A DNA stretch of 64,000 nucleotides from Salpingoeca rosetta. Taxonomy: Eukaryota > Protista > Choanoflagellata. Below the pieces are notes generated by a model. It made no database searches. It had not been told where the DNA came from and worked only from the letters and a program-made list of their open reading frames with translations. This document shows positions 19,979-53,480 of this stretch, in pieces. The number at the start of each line of letters is the position of its first letter. Positions within the stretch are counted from its first letter, which is position 1. The stretch spans positions 154,323 through 218,322 of the forward strand of contig JAWQFM010000030.1 of assembly GCA_033442325.1 (NCBI GenBank). The letters run 5' to 3'. The translations under genes and the position numbers were made by a program.

Positions 19979-20861
19979 GGCTGCGAAGTGGGAAGCTGGT
20001 GTGCTGTGTGGTTGGCTCAGCGTCACCGTGTGCGTGTGTGTGTGTGTGTGTACGAGTAGCAGACAGACGGAGAGACGAGGGTCGCGAAGTGTGCAAGGGA
20101 TGGGACTGCTGCTGTAATTGATGAGTGGACAGCGTTGTTGCTTGGATGCAAGTACGGTGAGACATGATGTTGTCACATCACCCATGAGCATGGGAACAAC
20201 AGGACGCATGCGGGAATAAATATGCATCCGATAGGCTGGTTGCGGTGCGTGCATCGTCATGAGATCGAGGTTCTTTGCCGGCAAGTGTGCAAGGCTGTGG
20301 CTGTGACGCGGTGAAATAATTGATGTTGCATAGCGTTGATGGGAGCAGTGTGACAACGACAAGTCGTTTGCTTCTGGCTGCTAATTTCATCCAAGACACG
20401 CGCAACTTTCTGCGGTGGGCGGCCGTTCTCGCCTGTTGTGTGTTCTGGCTAGCTAGGGTGTACGTGCAGGGAAGGAAACTGTCTGTTGCAAAATCGCTAC
20501 ATTTTGTGATGTTGTTAAGAGCAATCCGGACAACGACCTTCGGTGCACCGACGAGAAGCGAATATGAGCGATGGCACTGATTGTGTGCGTGTGTGGGTGT
20601 TTGGCTGTGTGTGGGCGGTTGTGAGGAAGCACAAACAGATGAAGCCAAAAACGGCCAGCCAAACCATTCAACAAGACAAGGCTGACGGAGCACAACCAGA
20701 AGCGGGCGACGCGATCAACACCACTCACATCACGCCAGCATTGATTTGTCGCTGAGTTGAGTTGAGTGGGGTGGACTGCCTGGTCTCTCTTCGGATCGAG
20801 CGCGTGTATCGGCTGTTCAACAACCAGGCAAGCAGCGATCAACAAGAACAAGAACAACAGC

Positions 20862-20905
<44 letters not shown>

Positions 20906-20969
20906 GAACAACAGCATCAACCACCACCACCACCACCACAACAACAACAACAGCAACACCGAAGAAAGC

Positions 20970-31206
<10,237 letters not shown>

Positions 31207-31997
31207 TTGTTGGGTGGTCACGTGCGAAGGAGGGCGTGAAGGGTGGTGTGTTCGCAGGGGGCGAATCACTGCTCGATTCATGCATGCGCGTGTGCATTGG
31301 TGGCTTGCAATTCGGTGTTTGTTGCTTGCAAGAACAGCACAGTTTGCTTGCCTGCAAGTGCGTTTCTTAACTTGAGGTCCGAGGCGGCGTTTGCCTGTTA
31401 CCTACGTTGTTGGTGGCGTGTTGATTGGCTTCTCCTCTACTGCCTTTGCTGCCAGTTGTGTTAGCAGCCCAGATCTTGCTTGCGTTTGTTTTGAGTTTCT
31501 GTTGATGTGAGTTCGTGGACGTTTACATCACATAAACACCATGGACAAAACTGCAACACAACATGAGGTATTGCCGTGATCATCATCGTCGTCATCGTCA
31601 TCATCATCATCACCAACCAACATGTGTTGTCTCGCTCTCACACACGGTTTGTGTTGTACTGCGTGATCCACACATGATCGAGCGAAGCGAGTCAGAGCAC
31701 AACGCAGCGAGAGTTGGAGACCACAGCAGCCACAATGCGCTGCTGATGTAAATGAAATACACGAAGGAAAAATCAACGTGGCAAGTGCAATTGGAAAGCA
31801 ATGGACAACAAGTTCTACCATCAACACACGGCAAAGCAAAAGCAAGGGGCAGTGTGTGTGTGTGTGTGCGCGTGTGCATATGTGTTTCGTTGCACAACAC
31901 CAACAGCAAGAAAGGAATGCACTGCACGAACAACGACGCTGATTACAGCAACGTCACCACCATCATGATCACCATCATCGTCAGTGGTCAACAAAGT

Positions 31998-41387
<9,390 letters not shown>

Positions 41388-41755
41388 CTGGGCAGTGTGG
41401 TATTGTGTGCAGTGGTGTTGCGTTCCGTGGCGCAGTGGTGCAGTAGTGTGGTGTAGCGTTCCGTGGTGTAGAGTGTTGTGGTGCAGTCGTGTTGAATGTG
41501 CGATCTCTGTGGTGTGATGTGACGTCACACAAGGCAAGGAACGGCAGGGACACGTGTGAGTTTGTGCAGCGAATGCGTCCACCATACCCACCACAACAAC
41601 CAACCAACCAACCAACCAACCAGCCGCCCCACTCACGCTCACTCCTCGCTCACTGTCTGTACACTGCAAGTCAAGCAAGCAAGCACAACAACAACACCAC
41701 TGGAAGCACCACAACACACCACCACGGCTCTCTTCGTCTCTGACCGTTTCTCAAA

Positions 41756-41793
41756 GTCAAATTTGACGTTGAAGACCAAGTCAAAATTGACTT
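41756..41793. promoter_or_regulatory. Two tandem GTCAA-N2-TTGAC palindromes in the centrobin-like/GHITM divergent region
   Basis: GTCAAATTTGAC (41756-41767) and AAGTCAAAATTGACTT (41778-41793). Confidence 0.4.
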
Positions 41794-42143
41794 TTCTAGA
41801 AACGCACACACAGCAAAGCAAGCAAGACGCAGCAACAGCTGCAAGCATCTCCGCGGCCGCATTTTCATCGTCCACAACAGAAGAGAACGTACGTGCGCTG
41901 TGTCGCTGCTTGCTTGCTTGCTTGGTGTTGACGGCTGTTGACTGCTGTTGACTGTTCTTGTTGACTGCTGGTGACTGTTCTTGTTGACTGATGGCGGGGG
42001 TGGTCACACGTCACCGCGCCGTTTTGCTTGGTTATCTGACCGCGCTGCCTGCTCAACCCCTGCTATGCAAGCCTTGCTTCTCACCGTGTGTACTTGTGCA
42101 GCTCGTCGCCTTGTCAGCAGGACAGAGAGAGAGAGAGAAAACC

Positions 42144-42386
42144 ATGCTTGTTGCTTCCACGCTCGGACGCACGGCGCTGCGGTGCCAGCGCGTCACGCTG
42201 ATGACGCTTGTCGCGAACCAGCCACGCATCAGCGCCCCCTCCACCCTCACCAAAACCACACAGCGGGTGCGGGTGCTGTCATGTTTTGTCACTGCACATA
42301 TCATGTCATCTTCACAAATGCGTGTGCGCGCGCCTCACACGCGCGCACACACACACATGCAGCCACACGCGCAGCCACACGCGCAG

Positions 42387-42447
<61 letters not shown>

Positions 42448-43974
42448 ACACACACACTGCACGCTGCCTGGTTTGAACACTCCCGGCGTCCTTTCATCCG
42501 TTTGCTTTCATTTCACAACTCCTTGCTTTGCTTTTCTCACGCGCCTCCCTCCGCCCCTCCCAGGCGATGGCCACGTTCCGCACTTCGCGGGCCGCGACAG
42601 CGCGCGTGGCAAATGCGACGGCCACCGGAACCGGTGCCCGCGCGGCCTCGGGCTCCAACACACGCCGTCTTGTGCTTGGCGGTCTGGCCGGTGCAGGCAT
42701 CATCACCGTTGGCCTCATGGGCGGTCAGTCATTGATGTGTGTGATTGTGTGTGTGTGTGTGTGTGTGTGATTGTGTGTGTGCGTGTGTGTGTGCATGCGC
42801 GCATGTCTCTCTGTCTGACATGCTCCTTCTCTTACCGATGCAACCTGCTCACACTCGTTGAGTGCACCTTTCTCTCTCCAACAACCCCCCCCCCCCCTCT
42901 TTAACTCACCGCAATGTTGTTTCGCTCCATAGCCACGATGGTGCGCGGCCTGACGGAGGGCGTGCACGACAACACCATGTGGGCGCCGTATGTGCACGAG
43001 CGCGTTGCCAGCACCTTCACCGCCCTCGGCGTCGGTATTGGTATCACCGCCGTCGCCACCATCGCCCTCTTCCGCACCGTAAGCTGTCATTGCGTGTATA
43101 CGCGTGTGTGTGTGTGTGATTGTGTGTGCGTTTGTGTGTGCGCGTTTGTGTTTGTGTGTGCGTGAATTTACGTGCTTGTGTTTGTGTGTGCGTGTGCTTG
43201 TGTGTGCGTGTGTTTGTGTTTGTGTGTGCGCGAATTCACGTGCATGTGTGTGCATGCGTGTGCGTGTGGGTGTGTGTATGGGTGTCTGCTCGCTCTAATT
43301 CCTCGTACTCGATGCAACCCAACTGTCTTCCTCGCTCTCGCTTCAACTGACAACCCCATCTGTGCCCCCCCCCAAACACACACGCACAAATGCAGGGTGC
43401 CGTGACGTTCATCGCTGCTCGCCCGATTGTGTCGATGGTGGTGTCGCTTGGCGGCATGATTGCTGCCAGCACGCTGACCCGGAGCATCGACCCTGCCAAC
43501 CTGCCCCTCAAGTACGCCAGCCTCGCCCTCTTCAACTCCGTCGTCGCCTTCACCCTCACCCCGCTCATGCTGCTCGGCGGGCCCCTGCTGCTGCGCGCGG
43601 CAGCCATGACCGGTGGCATTGTCGGCTCGCTCTGCCTCGTCGCGTCCAACTCCCCATCTGACACGTTCCTTGCGTGGGCCGGCCCGCTGTCCATGGGCCT
43701 TGGCGCCGTGGTCATCTCGTCGCTTGGTGCGGCCTTCCTCCCCTCCATGGCGGTTGCCTCTGTGCTCCACCAGGTATCGCTGTATGGTGGACTCGTGCTG
43801 TTCAGCGGGTTTGTGCTGTTTGACACTGCGCGCATCGTTGAAGCGGCAAAGCATGCCCCGGCCAACAAGTTCGACCCCGTGGGCGCAAGCATCTCCATCT
43901 ACATGGACGCCATCAACATCTTCGTGCGCATTGCGCAGATTATGGCCATGAGCGGGGGCAACAGGCGCAAGTGA
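42144..43974 (+). CDS. GHITM: GHITM/MICS1 (TMBIM5), Bax inhibitor-1 family mitochondrial inner-membrane protein, 4 exons
   Basis: Arg-rich, acid-free presequence [16 protein letters not shown]. Family motifs [66 protein letters not shown] and [34 protein letters not shown]. Confidence 0.92.
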
Positions 43975-44086
43975 TGGCAATCAAGGATGGATGGTGTGGT
44001 GTGGTGTGTGACAGGATGACTGTGGTGTGGTGTACTTGTGATGGAAGGGAATTCAACTGATGCTGGTCATGCGTGCTGTTGTGTAC

Positions 44087-44135
<49 letters not shown>

Positions 44136-44698
44136 TCTGTGTTTGTCTGTGTTTGTCTGTGTATGTCTGTGCATTGTTTGTTTTCCTTGTGACGACCTAC
44201 TGTTACATTAACATGCATGCGTGTTGTCTGAACACCCTCGAGTAAAGTCAGCAACAACAATCGCACCATTCACACACGACAAGTGTAGACCTTTTGTTTC
44301 TTCTGTATTGACACAACACCACCTCCGCCAAAACCACAAACACAATGACTTGTGTTACGATAGCTGTATGCGATGAACACAGCCAGACAAGAAACCAACA
44401 CACAAAAGGCAGAAACAAACAAACAAACGACCATTCACCAAACAACACTTGCAGTTTCACAACAACAGCAACCACAACACCAAACACTGAGCCTGTGTGC
44501 AAGACAACACTGTCACCATTCACACTCAACCACAGTCGCATTATCCCTTCATCTTAACCATTCCACCCACAGTCTCCAGCCACAACAACAAGCAGGCAAG
44601 GAAAGTTCAGTCGCATCAGCGCGCCCACAAGCACACGGGCTGCAATGTGCGAATGCCTGCATGCACGTGGGCGTGCGTGTGCGTGTGTGTTGGCTGGT

Positions 44699-44806
44699 TC
44701 ACCTGTCGACCTCGCCGAACACAATGTCGAGGGTGCCGATGAGTGCAACAACATCAGCCAGCATGTGACCCTTGGCCATCATGTCAAGTCCAGCCTGCAC
44801 AGCAAC

Positions 44807-44895
<89 letters not shown>

Positions 44896-47800
44896 GTAAT
44901 GAGCTTGTTGTGGCAGTGTTGATGGGGGAAACACCGGAAGGAGAAGTGGTGCGGTTTATGGCACACACACACACAACACAACACAACACAACACACAACA
45001 CACAACACACAACACACAACACACGCGCGAACAGCAAGGTGTTGGAGGAACGCACCAGGTGAGCAAAGCCGGGGGCCTTGATCTTGCAGCGGTAGGGCTT
45101 GGAGGTGCCGTCAGAGACAAGATACACGCCTGATGGTATCATACACACACACGCATATGAGCACACACGCGTAGAGTCAGCAGCTGAAGGAACAAAGCAC
45201 ACAAAGACACGCAAGCACACGCATGTGCACGCACAGGAAACACGACTGCTCGCTTTTATCTTTTGCACACCACCACCATCAACCACACCCCACCACTCCC
45301 ACCACCACCACTCCCAGCCGCCTTACCGAATTCGCCCTTTGGCGCCTCAATGGCGGTGTATGTCGAGCCGGGTGGAACCTACCCACCACCACCACCACCA
45401 TCACCATTGTTGACAGGAGCACATGCAAGGGAGAGTGAGTGAGAATTTCTTTGAGCAAAGCGCAACCACGCCATGCAGCCACAACTGTCACAACAACACC
45501 GCAACACATCACACCAAACAACAAGCCACTCACCACCACTCATAACAACAGGCCCCTCACCATCACTCATAACAACACGTTCTCCCCTCCTCCTCCTCCT
45601 CCTCCCCTTCAACCGACACCAACGCGCCACTACCATTACCACTACCACCACCACGATGCGCGCACCTGGTATCCCTCGGTGTAGAGCTTAAAGTGGTGGA
45701 TGAGGGCCTCCATGGACTCCTTCATCTCCGCGCGGCGCGGCGGGGCAACCTTGGCGTCGTCCACGCGCACCTCGCCATCAGGCATGTCGTTGAGGCACTG
45801 GTTGATGATGCGCACAGACTGCCGCATCTCCTCGCAGCGGATCAGGTACCGGTCGTACGAATCGCCGCGCGAGCCAACCGGCACGTCAAACTCAACCTGG
45901 CAGCGACGCAGACGGTGGTGGCATTGGTTGTGGTGGTGCGGCGGTGTCGTGTTGTGGCATTGGTTGTGGTGGTGCGGCGTTGTGGTGGTGCGGCGTTGTG
46001 GTGGTGCGGCGTTGTGGTGTTGTGGCATTGATTGTGGTGGTGCGGCGTTGTGGTGTTGTGGTGTTGCAGTGATGGAGACAGGGAGAGAATGAGTCAAACC
46101 GAACACACACACACACAAAAAGAAAAAAGAGAGAGAGAGTAAGGCATGCGGCAGAGGCAGAGCAGCCATGCTTGACTGCAACTCCAGCAACAACCATCAC
46201 CATTCAAACGATCACCATCATCACAATCAGTGAACCACCACCACCACCACCACCACCACCACCACCACCATCATCATCAAGCCACCACAGTTACACTGCC
46301 ACTTCACCGCACCACACCTTGTCGTAAGCGTCGTAGGGCTGCGACTTGCGGAGGTCCCAGGGGATGCCGCTACCACGCAGCATGACGCCCGAGAACCCCC
46401 AGTCCAATGCGTCCTTGGCCGTGACAACACCGACGTCGACCAGCCGCTGCTTCCAGATGCGGTTGCCCGTCAACAGCTCCTCCACCTCGTCGATGCGCGC
46501 CGGGAACGCCTGCGCCCACTGGTAAATGTCCTCCATCAGCCCTGCATCGCGCCAACAGGCCAATTTTGTGTGCGTGTGTGATTGTGTGTGATTGTGTGTG
46601 ATTTTGCGTGATTGTGCGTGATTGTGTGTGTGTGTGTGTGCGCGCGCATATGTGCGAGTGTGTGTGATTGTGTGTGTGTGTGTGTGGGTGTGTAAGCGAG
46701 CGAGTAAGTACACGCTTGCCCTCATATGCGTGTGTGTACGTATGCGTGCGCTCTAGTGAGCACATGTGCGTACCGATTGGCATGTCGAGGGAGACGCCGC
46801 CTGGGCGGACGTACGCCGCGTGCATGCGCGCACCAGATACGCGCTCGTAAAACTCCATCATCTGTGCGCAGGTGGTGATGGTGGTGAGGAAGGTGAGGGA
46901 GGTGAGACATGTCCGGGACAGCGCAGAGAACAAATCCACCAAGCACGCATCGACCAACACAACCAGTGCGCAGTAGAAGCAGTGCACACGCACACACGCA
47001 CACACATACACACACACACGCACGCACACACACACACACACATGTACACGCTCGTTCACACATCCAACCACACACACACACACATCCACACACACACACC
47101 TTCTCGCGCTCCTCAAAGAGCCAGAGAAAGGGGGTGAGGGCGCCGACGTCGAGGGCGTGGGTCGTCACGCCCATAATGTGGTTCAGAATACGCGTCAGCT
47201 CCCCAAACAGCACTGCCAGCGGCGGTGGTGCAAGGAGGTGGTGACGTGAGGATGAAGTGATGGTGGTGGGGCGGTGGTGATGATAGGTGTGGCCGTGGGT
47301 ATGGGTATGGGAGGGAGTGAGAAGGCCGGCCAATGTTGTGTGGTCGTGTCATCACAACACCACATGATACAGTGCACACGATTTACGCATACACACACAC
47401 ACATCCACAGACACACACATGCGCACCATATGCACACGCATCCCCGTGCACACACCACGCGTCTACGCACCGCGAATGTACTTTGCGCGCTCCGGGACCT
47501 CAATGTTGAGCAGCTTCTCCACAGCAAGCGAGTACGCCTGAGGAGGCACAGGCGAAGGCACACAGAGGAGAGGACTCAAGGGTAAGGCGGTGGAGGACAC
47601 GGAAGCGATGCCCAAGTACCAGGCCCACACACGCACACCACACGCACACGCACACAACACACACGCACACACACACACACACCACACACACACAAAACAC
47701 CACACTGCACCTGCTCGTTGCACATCATGGAGACGTAGTCGAGGCGGTCAAAGTATGGGAGGGCCTGCAGGTAGTTCTTGTACTCAATCAGCTTCTCTGT

Positions 47801-48447
47801 GCCGCGGTGCAGCAGGCCAACGTGCGGGTCTGCGTGGCGCACAATCTAACCCATCCAGTTCATGGGTGGTGGTTGCGTGGTTTGTGGTTGCGACGGCACA
47901 CGTGCGCGCACTGTGTGAGCGAGCGTGGGTGCAGTCACGTGCGTTTCTGCCTTCATGCACGCACCTACACACTCGGTGCGTGCCCTTACAACCATGTAGA
48001 CATGTGCAGACCCGAGAACACAGACACACACACACACTGCAGCGTCATCTCACCTCGCCATCAAGCTCAAGGACGAGGCGGAGCACGCCGTGGGCAGCAG
48101 GGTGCTGAGGGCCAAAGTTGACGGTGAGGTTTGACACCTCCTGCTCAGGGACATAGTCTGATGGGCGAGGGGGATGGACGTGTGTGTCTCGACTGTGAGC
48201 GCACAGAGATGATGATGCAGCGTCTTTTGCAAAGGGTTGCTGCTTGCTGACAGAGGGTATATGGAGCGCGCGCACACGCACACACGCACACATGTATACA
48301 CACACACGCACACACACACACGCGCGCGCGCACGCATACGCTGGCGTACCGCGAGTGGGATGCTGAATGTCAAACTCCTTGTGTTTGCGTTGGGTCAGGT
48401 ACTCTTCCCAGCCGTCCAAGTCATCATCAGCAGGCAGCGCATTCCTG

Positions 48448-48525
<78 letters not shown>

Positions 48526-48730
48526 GAATGAGTGTGGAAAGCAACCAGCACCACGACACGCTCACTCAATCATACACACTCCATCACACACACACATTCA
48601 CTCAATCATGCACACTCCATCACACGCGAACGTACGCTGCTCTTTGAACAGGGCGGCAGGCGTGGAAGCCGCGGGTAGCTGCCCGCATGGCCATGCCAGC
48701 GCGCTGGCGCAGCTGCTGCACAAATGCCAT
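44699..48730 (-). CDS. NDUFS2: NADH:ubiquinone oxidoreductase 49 kDa subunit (nuclear-encoded Nad7), ~12 exons
   Basis: Presequence [23 protein letters not shown]. Motifs [40 protein letters not shown]...[69 protein letters not shown] and [22 protein letters not shown]. Confidence 0.98.
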
Positions 48731-49095
48731 GGTTGTGGTGCGAGGCTTCTGGTCTGCCTGGTTGTGTGCGTTAACGAGAGTTTGTGGTTTTGTGGTTGTT
48801 GCTGACCCTGCTGATATTGGTTGATGATGGTGTTGGAAAAGGCAGAAACCACTGAAAAAAGTATACGACACGTTGGATTTGTGCGACTAGTGCGCAGTTT
48901 AATCATGCAATCGCACCTATCCACCACAGGTCTTGGCGTGCATCGAATCATTCATTGGCAAGCGGTCGTGGTGGACAACAAACTTGCGACATGACACTGA
49001 CCACACAGCACACGACACTGACCACACACTCTCACACATGCACATGCACTGACGCACACGACAAACACAGCAACACACCACAACACAAGACAACA

Positions 49096-50389
49096 CTAGT
49101 TGGCGCCAAACGCGCGCTTGAGGAAGCGCAGGCGCTCGCCGGTGGCGGGCTTGGCAGCAGCGGCAGCGTCGTTCTGCAGCACAAACACGCGCGTGTCAAA
49201 CATGGGCGTGACGTTGCGTGCATGCTTGGCCGTCGTGTCAGCCAGGTAGTGAATCCCACTCATGTACGCATGTGCAGAGCGCGGCGCTGCAAACTCCACC
49301 CGCTTGTATGGGCTTCCACCAAGCAGCTCAAGCCCAGAGCAGGGCGGGTTGACCCAGTTGGGGCTGACAAACACGACGGTGAGCGGACCCGTCGCCTCCG
49401 TGAGCATGTGCTCAACGTGCACCGCCGAGCGCTCAATGGCTTCCTCCGTGCACGGCGGGTGGCACTGCAGGGCGCCAGCGTCGGCAAGAAAGTCGCAGAA
49501 GCTGCCGACGGAGCCAAACACGGCGTCCGTATCCGGGAAGGCAGAGCAGTAGTTGCGGAAGAACGTGTTCATGGGGGACGTGCACAGCTGGAAACACACG
49601 CCAAACCACTCGTGCAGTGTGTGTAGCACAGAGGCGGGCACGGGCGCTTCAAACGACGCGCCAGGGGTCTGCGGCTGGCCGCCCATCATCGTCATGTAGC
49701 GGCGCAGCACGCAGTACATGCATGCAGGCAACGCAGACAGCGGCAGCCCGTGCCTGTCCTGATGCAACACGAAGAGGTTGCGCAATCGGTCGTACGCGTC
49801 CCGCGTGAGCACAAACGCATCGCCCGCAAACCGCACCGTCACCGACGACGACGACGACGATGACGATGATGACGATGATGGTGACGATGGTGATGGCGAT
49901 TGCTTTGCAGTTGCTGTTGTCGCTGTTGTTGTTGTTGTTGTTGTCGCTGTGGTTGTCGTTGTTGCTGCAGGCGTTGCGGGTGTTGCACTACCACCATCAC
50001 CATCACCACCCACCGTGTCAACACCAACAATCTCCACGGCGGCCGTCAGCAGCTCGTCATCACTGACGCTCGTGTCGTCCGCACTTGGAAACTGCCATCC
50101 TTGTTTGCCACCGCTGCGGCGACCAGGGCGAGGAGGCAGCGGCGTGTCGACGCCTTGCATCCGCTTGGACGTGGACGTGGCTGGTGCTGATGTTGATGTT
50201 GATGCTGTTGATGATGACTGCGCGCGCTTGCGGAGCGCTGCGCGGACACCGCCCATCCTCTCATCGTCACCATCATCATCATCATCGTCGTCGTCATCAT
50301 CATCATTGCCACCAACACCTTCATCATCCTGCGCACTCGCTGCAACACCGGTATCAGGTCCTTCTTGTTGTTGCTGCTGTTGTTGCTGC

Positions 50390-50420
<31 letters not shown>

Positions 50421-53115
50421 CGACTCCGTCATCATCATCATCATCATCATCATCGTCACCTTGCATCGTGGTCGTCGTTCCCTCACCAGTGCTGTCACCA
50501 GCGTCAGTGCGCGCCGCCACTGCTGCCGCGTGCTGCTGCGCATATGCGTTGATGTCTGCAACCGTATCCCGCGCCAGCGCAACAAACCGCTCGCACACCA
50601 GCTCAACCTGATGGGTGCGGAGAGGCAGGAGAGGGAATGATAGTGGGGTGAAAGCATGTGGTTGTGAGGTAGGGAGAAGGATGGGTACGTGGAGCTACCT
50701 TTCAAGATAGTACGAGCACACACAGACACAAACACACAAACACACACACACACAAACAAACAAACACGCACACAAACACAAACAAACAAACACAAACAAA
50801 CACAAACACAAACACAAACACAAACACACACGTACACGCACGCACACAAACACGCACAAACAAACAAACACAAACAAACAAACACAAACAAACAAACACA
50901 AACACAAACACAAACACACACCTGCTGATTGACGACGGTGGAGAAGAGAGGCGTGCACTCGTCGCGCAGGGCAACAAGGCGCGCATTTACCTTGGCCCGG
51001 TCACCACCATATCCTGTCGCATACAGCTCGTCCTCCGCTGCCTGCAGGCACGCTTCAATCGCCCGAGCCGTGGACGCGGGCAGCGACGGCACTGCACTAG
51101 CGGTGGTGGAGGTGGTGGCAGCGGCCTTGGTCATGTCTGCTTCTTCCTGCTGCTGCTGCTGCTGGTCTTGAGCCTCACTCTTCTTGTCTTCGGTTCCGGC
51201 TGTGTTCCCATCAACTTCATCACCGTCGTCACCAGCGTCCATGGCAGCAGCCGAAGTCGCGGTGGTGTCCGTGCTCGCCACTCCTCCCGCCTCCGCATGC
51301 TGCTGGGTGTTGTCCTCGTCGTCCTCCGTGCTTGCAAGCATTGCCAGCCACAGGCGCGCCTTGCGAATGTACTCGCGCAGTGTTGTGATGCCCTATCGGA
51401 AGTAATGAAACGCACACATGGGCGTGTTCGGAAGGAAATAGGAGGAGAGGGGTGTGACTCACGCGCACAGTTATATGCACACACACACACGTTTGCATGC
51501 CATCACAATCGCGCTCAAACAACAATAGCCACACACATGCCAACACACACACGCATACACACTCACACAACCACAGGCACCATCTTGCGTACGTACAAAG
51601 TTGGTGTTGGTGAGGCTGTATGCGCGGATACGGCAGGGAATTTCAGCACGGAGTTCGCGACGGAGCGCCTCGCTCTCAACAGCACTGTGCACATCCCTGA
51701 CAGCATGGTAGCGGCAGCGGTGGTGGCGGTGATGTGGGGGGGGGGTGGAAGGTGTCGATGTGTGTGAGCATGAGCACTGACGACACGGATGGTATGTCGG
51801 CAGGCGGGCGCGCAACGCACAAGCGCGCACACGCCAAAACCCATAAACATCGCAAACACGCTCACACATGTGCATCCCTTACATGTACGCAATAGATACA
51901 CACGCAGGCACGCAGGCACGCAGGCACACGCACACGCACACGCACACACGCACATATACAACCATACACGCACACGCGCATACACAGACACGCACACACG
52001 CCCGCACGCCCGCACGCCCGCACGCCCGCACGCCCGCACCTCAGGATGGGGTCGTCAAAGGGCCCTGGGCAGGTGACCATCTCCATGAGCCAGCGGTAGA
52101 AGACAATGCGAGGGGGAGTGATGTGCAGCTCCGCCTGACACAGGTCGACAAACGCCCGGTTCAGGCGCCGAATCGCACGTGCGCGCTTGTACTCCACGGC
52201 GGGCACAGGCTCCACACTGTTGTAAGGGAGGGGGACCAGAGGCGGCGGTGAGCGCCAGGTGCTTGTGGCGTGAGCAGTGCTCCCTTCGCAATACATATGA
52301 GCAACTGGACATGCCACAAGCTGAAAGACCACATCACACCCTACGCCGCACACTGGCACGTCCGTTCTGTCACGAGACACACACGCACACACAAGCACAC
52401 ACAAGCACACACAAGCACACACACACACGCACACACACACACACACATGCACACGCACACACATACATGCACACGCACAGGCACACACACACACACACGC
52501 GCACACTCACGCACAATTCGGATGGGATGGCGGCGCTGGTGACCACGACGTTGTTCTCAGCATCAAATGCGTGCGATGCGACCTTGCTGCGACGACCCAG
52601 GACATCTCTCAAGTCAGCACGCTGTGAGTAAGAAGGCGGGTTGTGGGCGGAAGAAAGACGGGGTGGCGTGAGCGTGTGTGACAAGTGGGAGGTGTGCGAA
52701 TGCACATCTCGTGCAGCATGCGTTGCGCACGTTTGTGTATTGAAAGGAGGCAAAACACCTCACGCACACCCAAACACACACACACAAGCACACACTCTCA
52801 CACACGCTCATACCCATACAAACACAAGGTTTCTCTCTTTGCACTCACTGGGGCACTTGAGCGTGAGGGAACTGAAAAGGCGCCGCCTTGCTTCTGCCGC
52901 TCCTGGCGCATGCGGTTGTGGTGCGTGCGCCGCGCCCGCTTTGTGGGCAGCGCGTCGTCATCATCGCCATCGTCCATGGTGTTGTCGGCATGACGCCGGC
53001 GAGGCTTGACATCACCAGACAGCCGTGCAAACACAGATACCCGGCCACCTTGCTCTTCCTCGTCGTCGTGACCACCACTGCCACCAGAAGCCGCAACACG
53101 GGTGCTGTCGGCCAT
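49096..53115 (-). CDS. PCIF1: PCIF1/CAPAM-like cap-adenosine N6-methyltransferase homolog with a degenerate catalytic motif and no visible WW domain
   Basis: ATG at 53115 (MADSTRV). Helical-domain match VEYKRARAIRRLNRAFVDLCQAELHITPPRIVFYRWLME...DPIL. MTase match YCVLRRYMTMMG...APVPASVLHTLHEWFGVCFQLCTSPMNTFFRNYCSAFPDTDAVFGSVGSF...HPPCTEE...PLTVVFVSPNW...TRVFVLQNDAA. Confidence 0.88.
50716..50920. repeat. (ACAA/ACACAA)n array; GT/GTTT-rich on the sense strand at the 5' end of the last PCIF1 intron
   Basis: Directly visible, abutting the donor site at ~50921. Confidence 0.9.
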
Positions 53116-53480
53116 GGCTGCTGCTGCTGCTGCTGTCGCTGCTACTCTGTCGTTGATCGATGAGATGGTGTGTGCGTGGATGGTGGTGCGTTCGCTGTTG
53201 CTGTCTCTGGTTGGTGGCAGTGGTGGGAATGGGGAATTTTGTTGGAAAACTTGAACCAATTTTCGGCAATGAGCGGAACGTGCTGACCTTTGGTGGAAGA
53301 TCGCACAATCACACACGCTCACGCACACACGCACACGCACACACGCACACTCGCACACACTCTCTCACACTCTCGCACGCTCACGCACTCGCACGCTCAC
53401 GCACTCACACTCTCTCACATACTCGCACGCTCACTCAATCGCACGCTCACTCTCTCTCATAATCACACAAGCACACACAT

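Noticed and set aside
44699-48730. nad7 as a mitochondrial insertion (NUMT) or bacterial nuoD
   Set aside because: It has about 11 spliceosomal introns and an N-terminal targeting presequence, so it is an ordinary nuclear NDUFS2.
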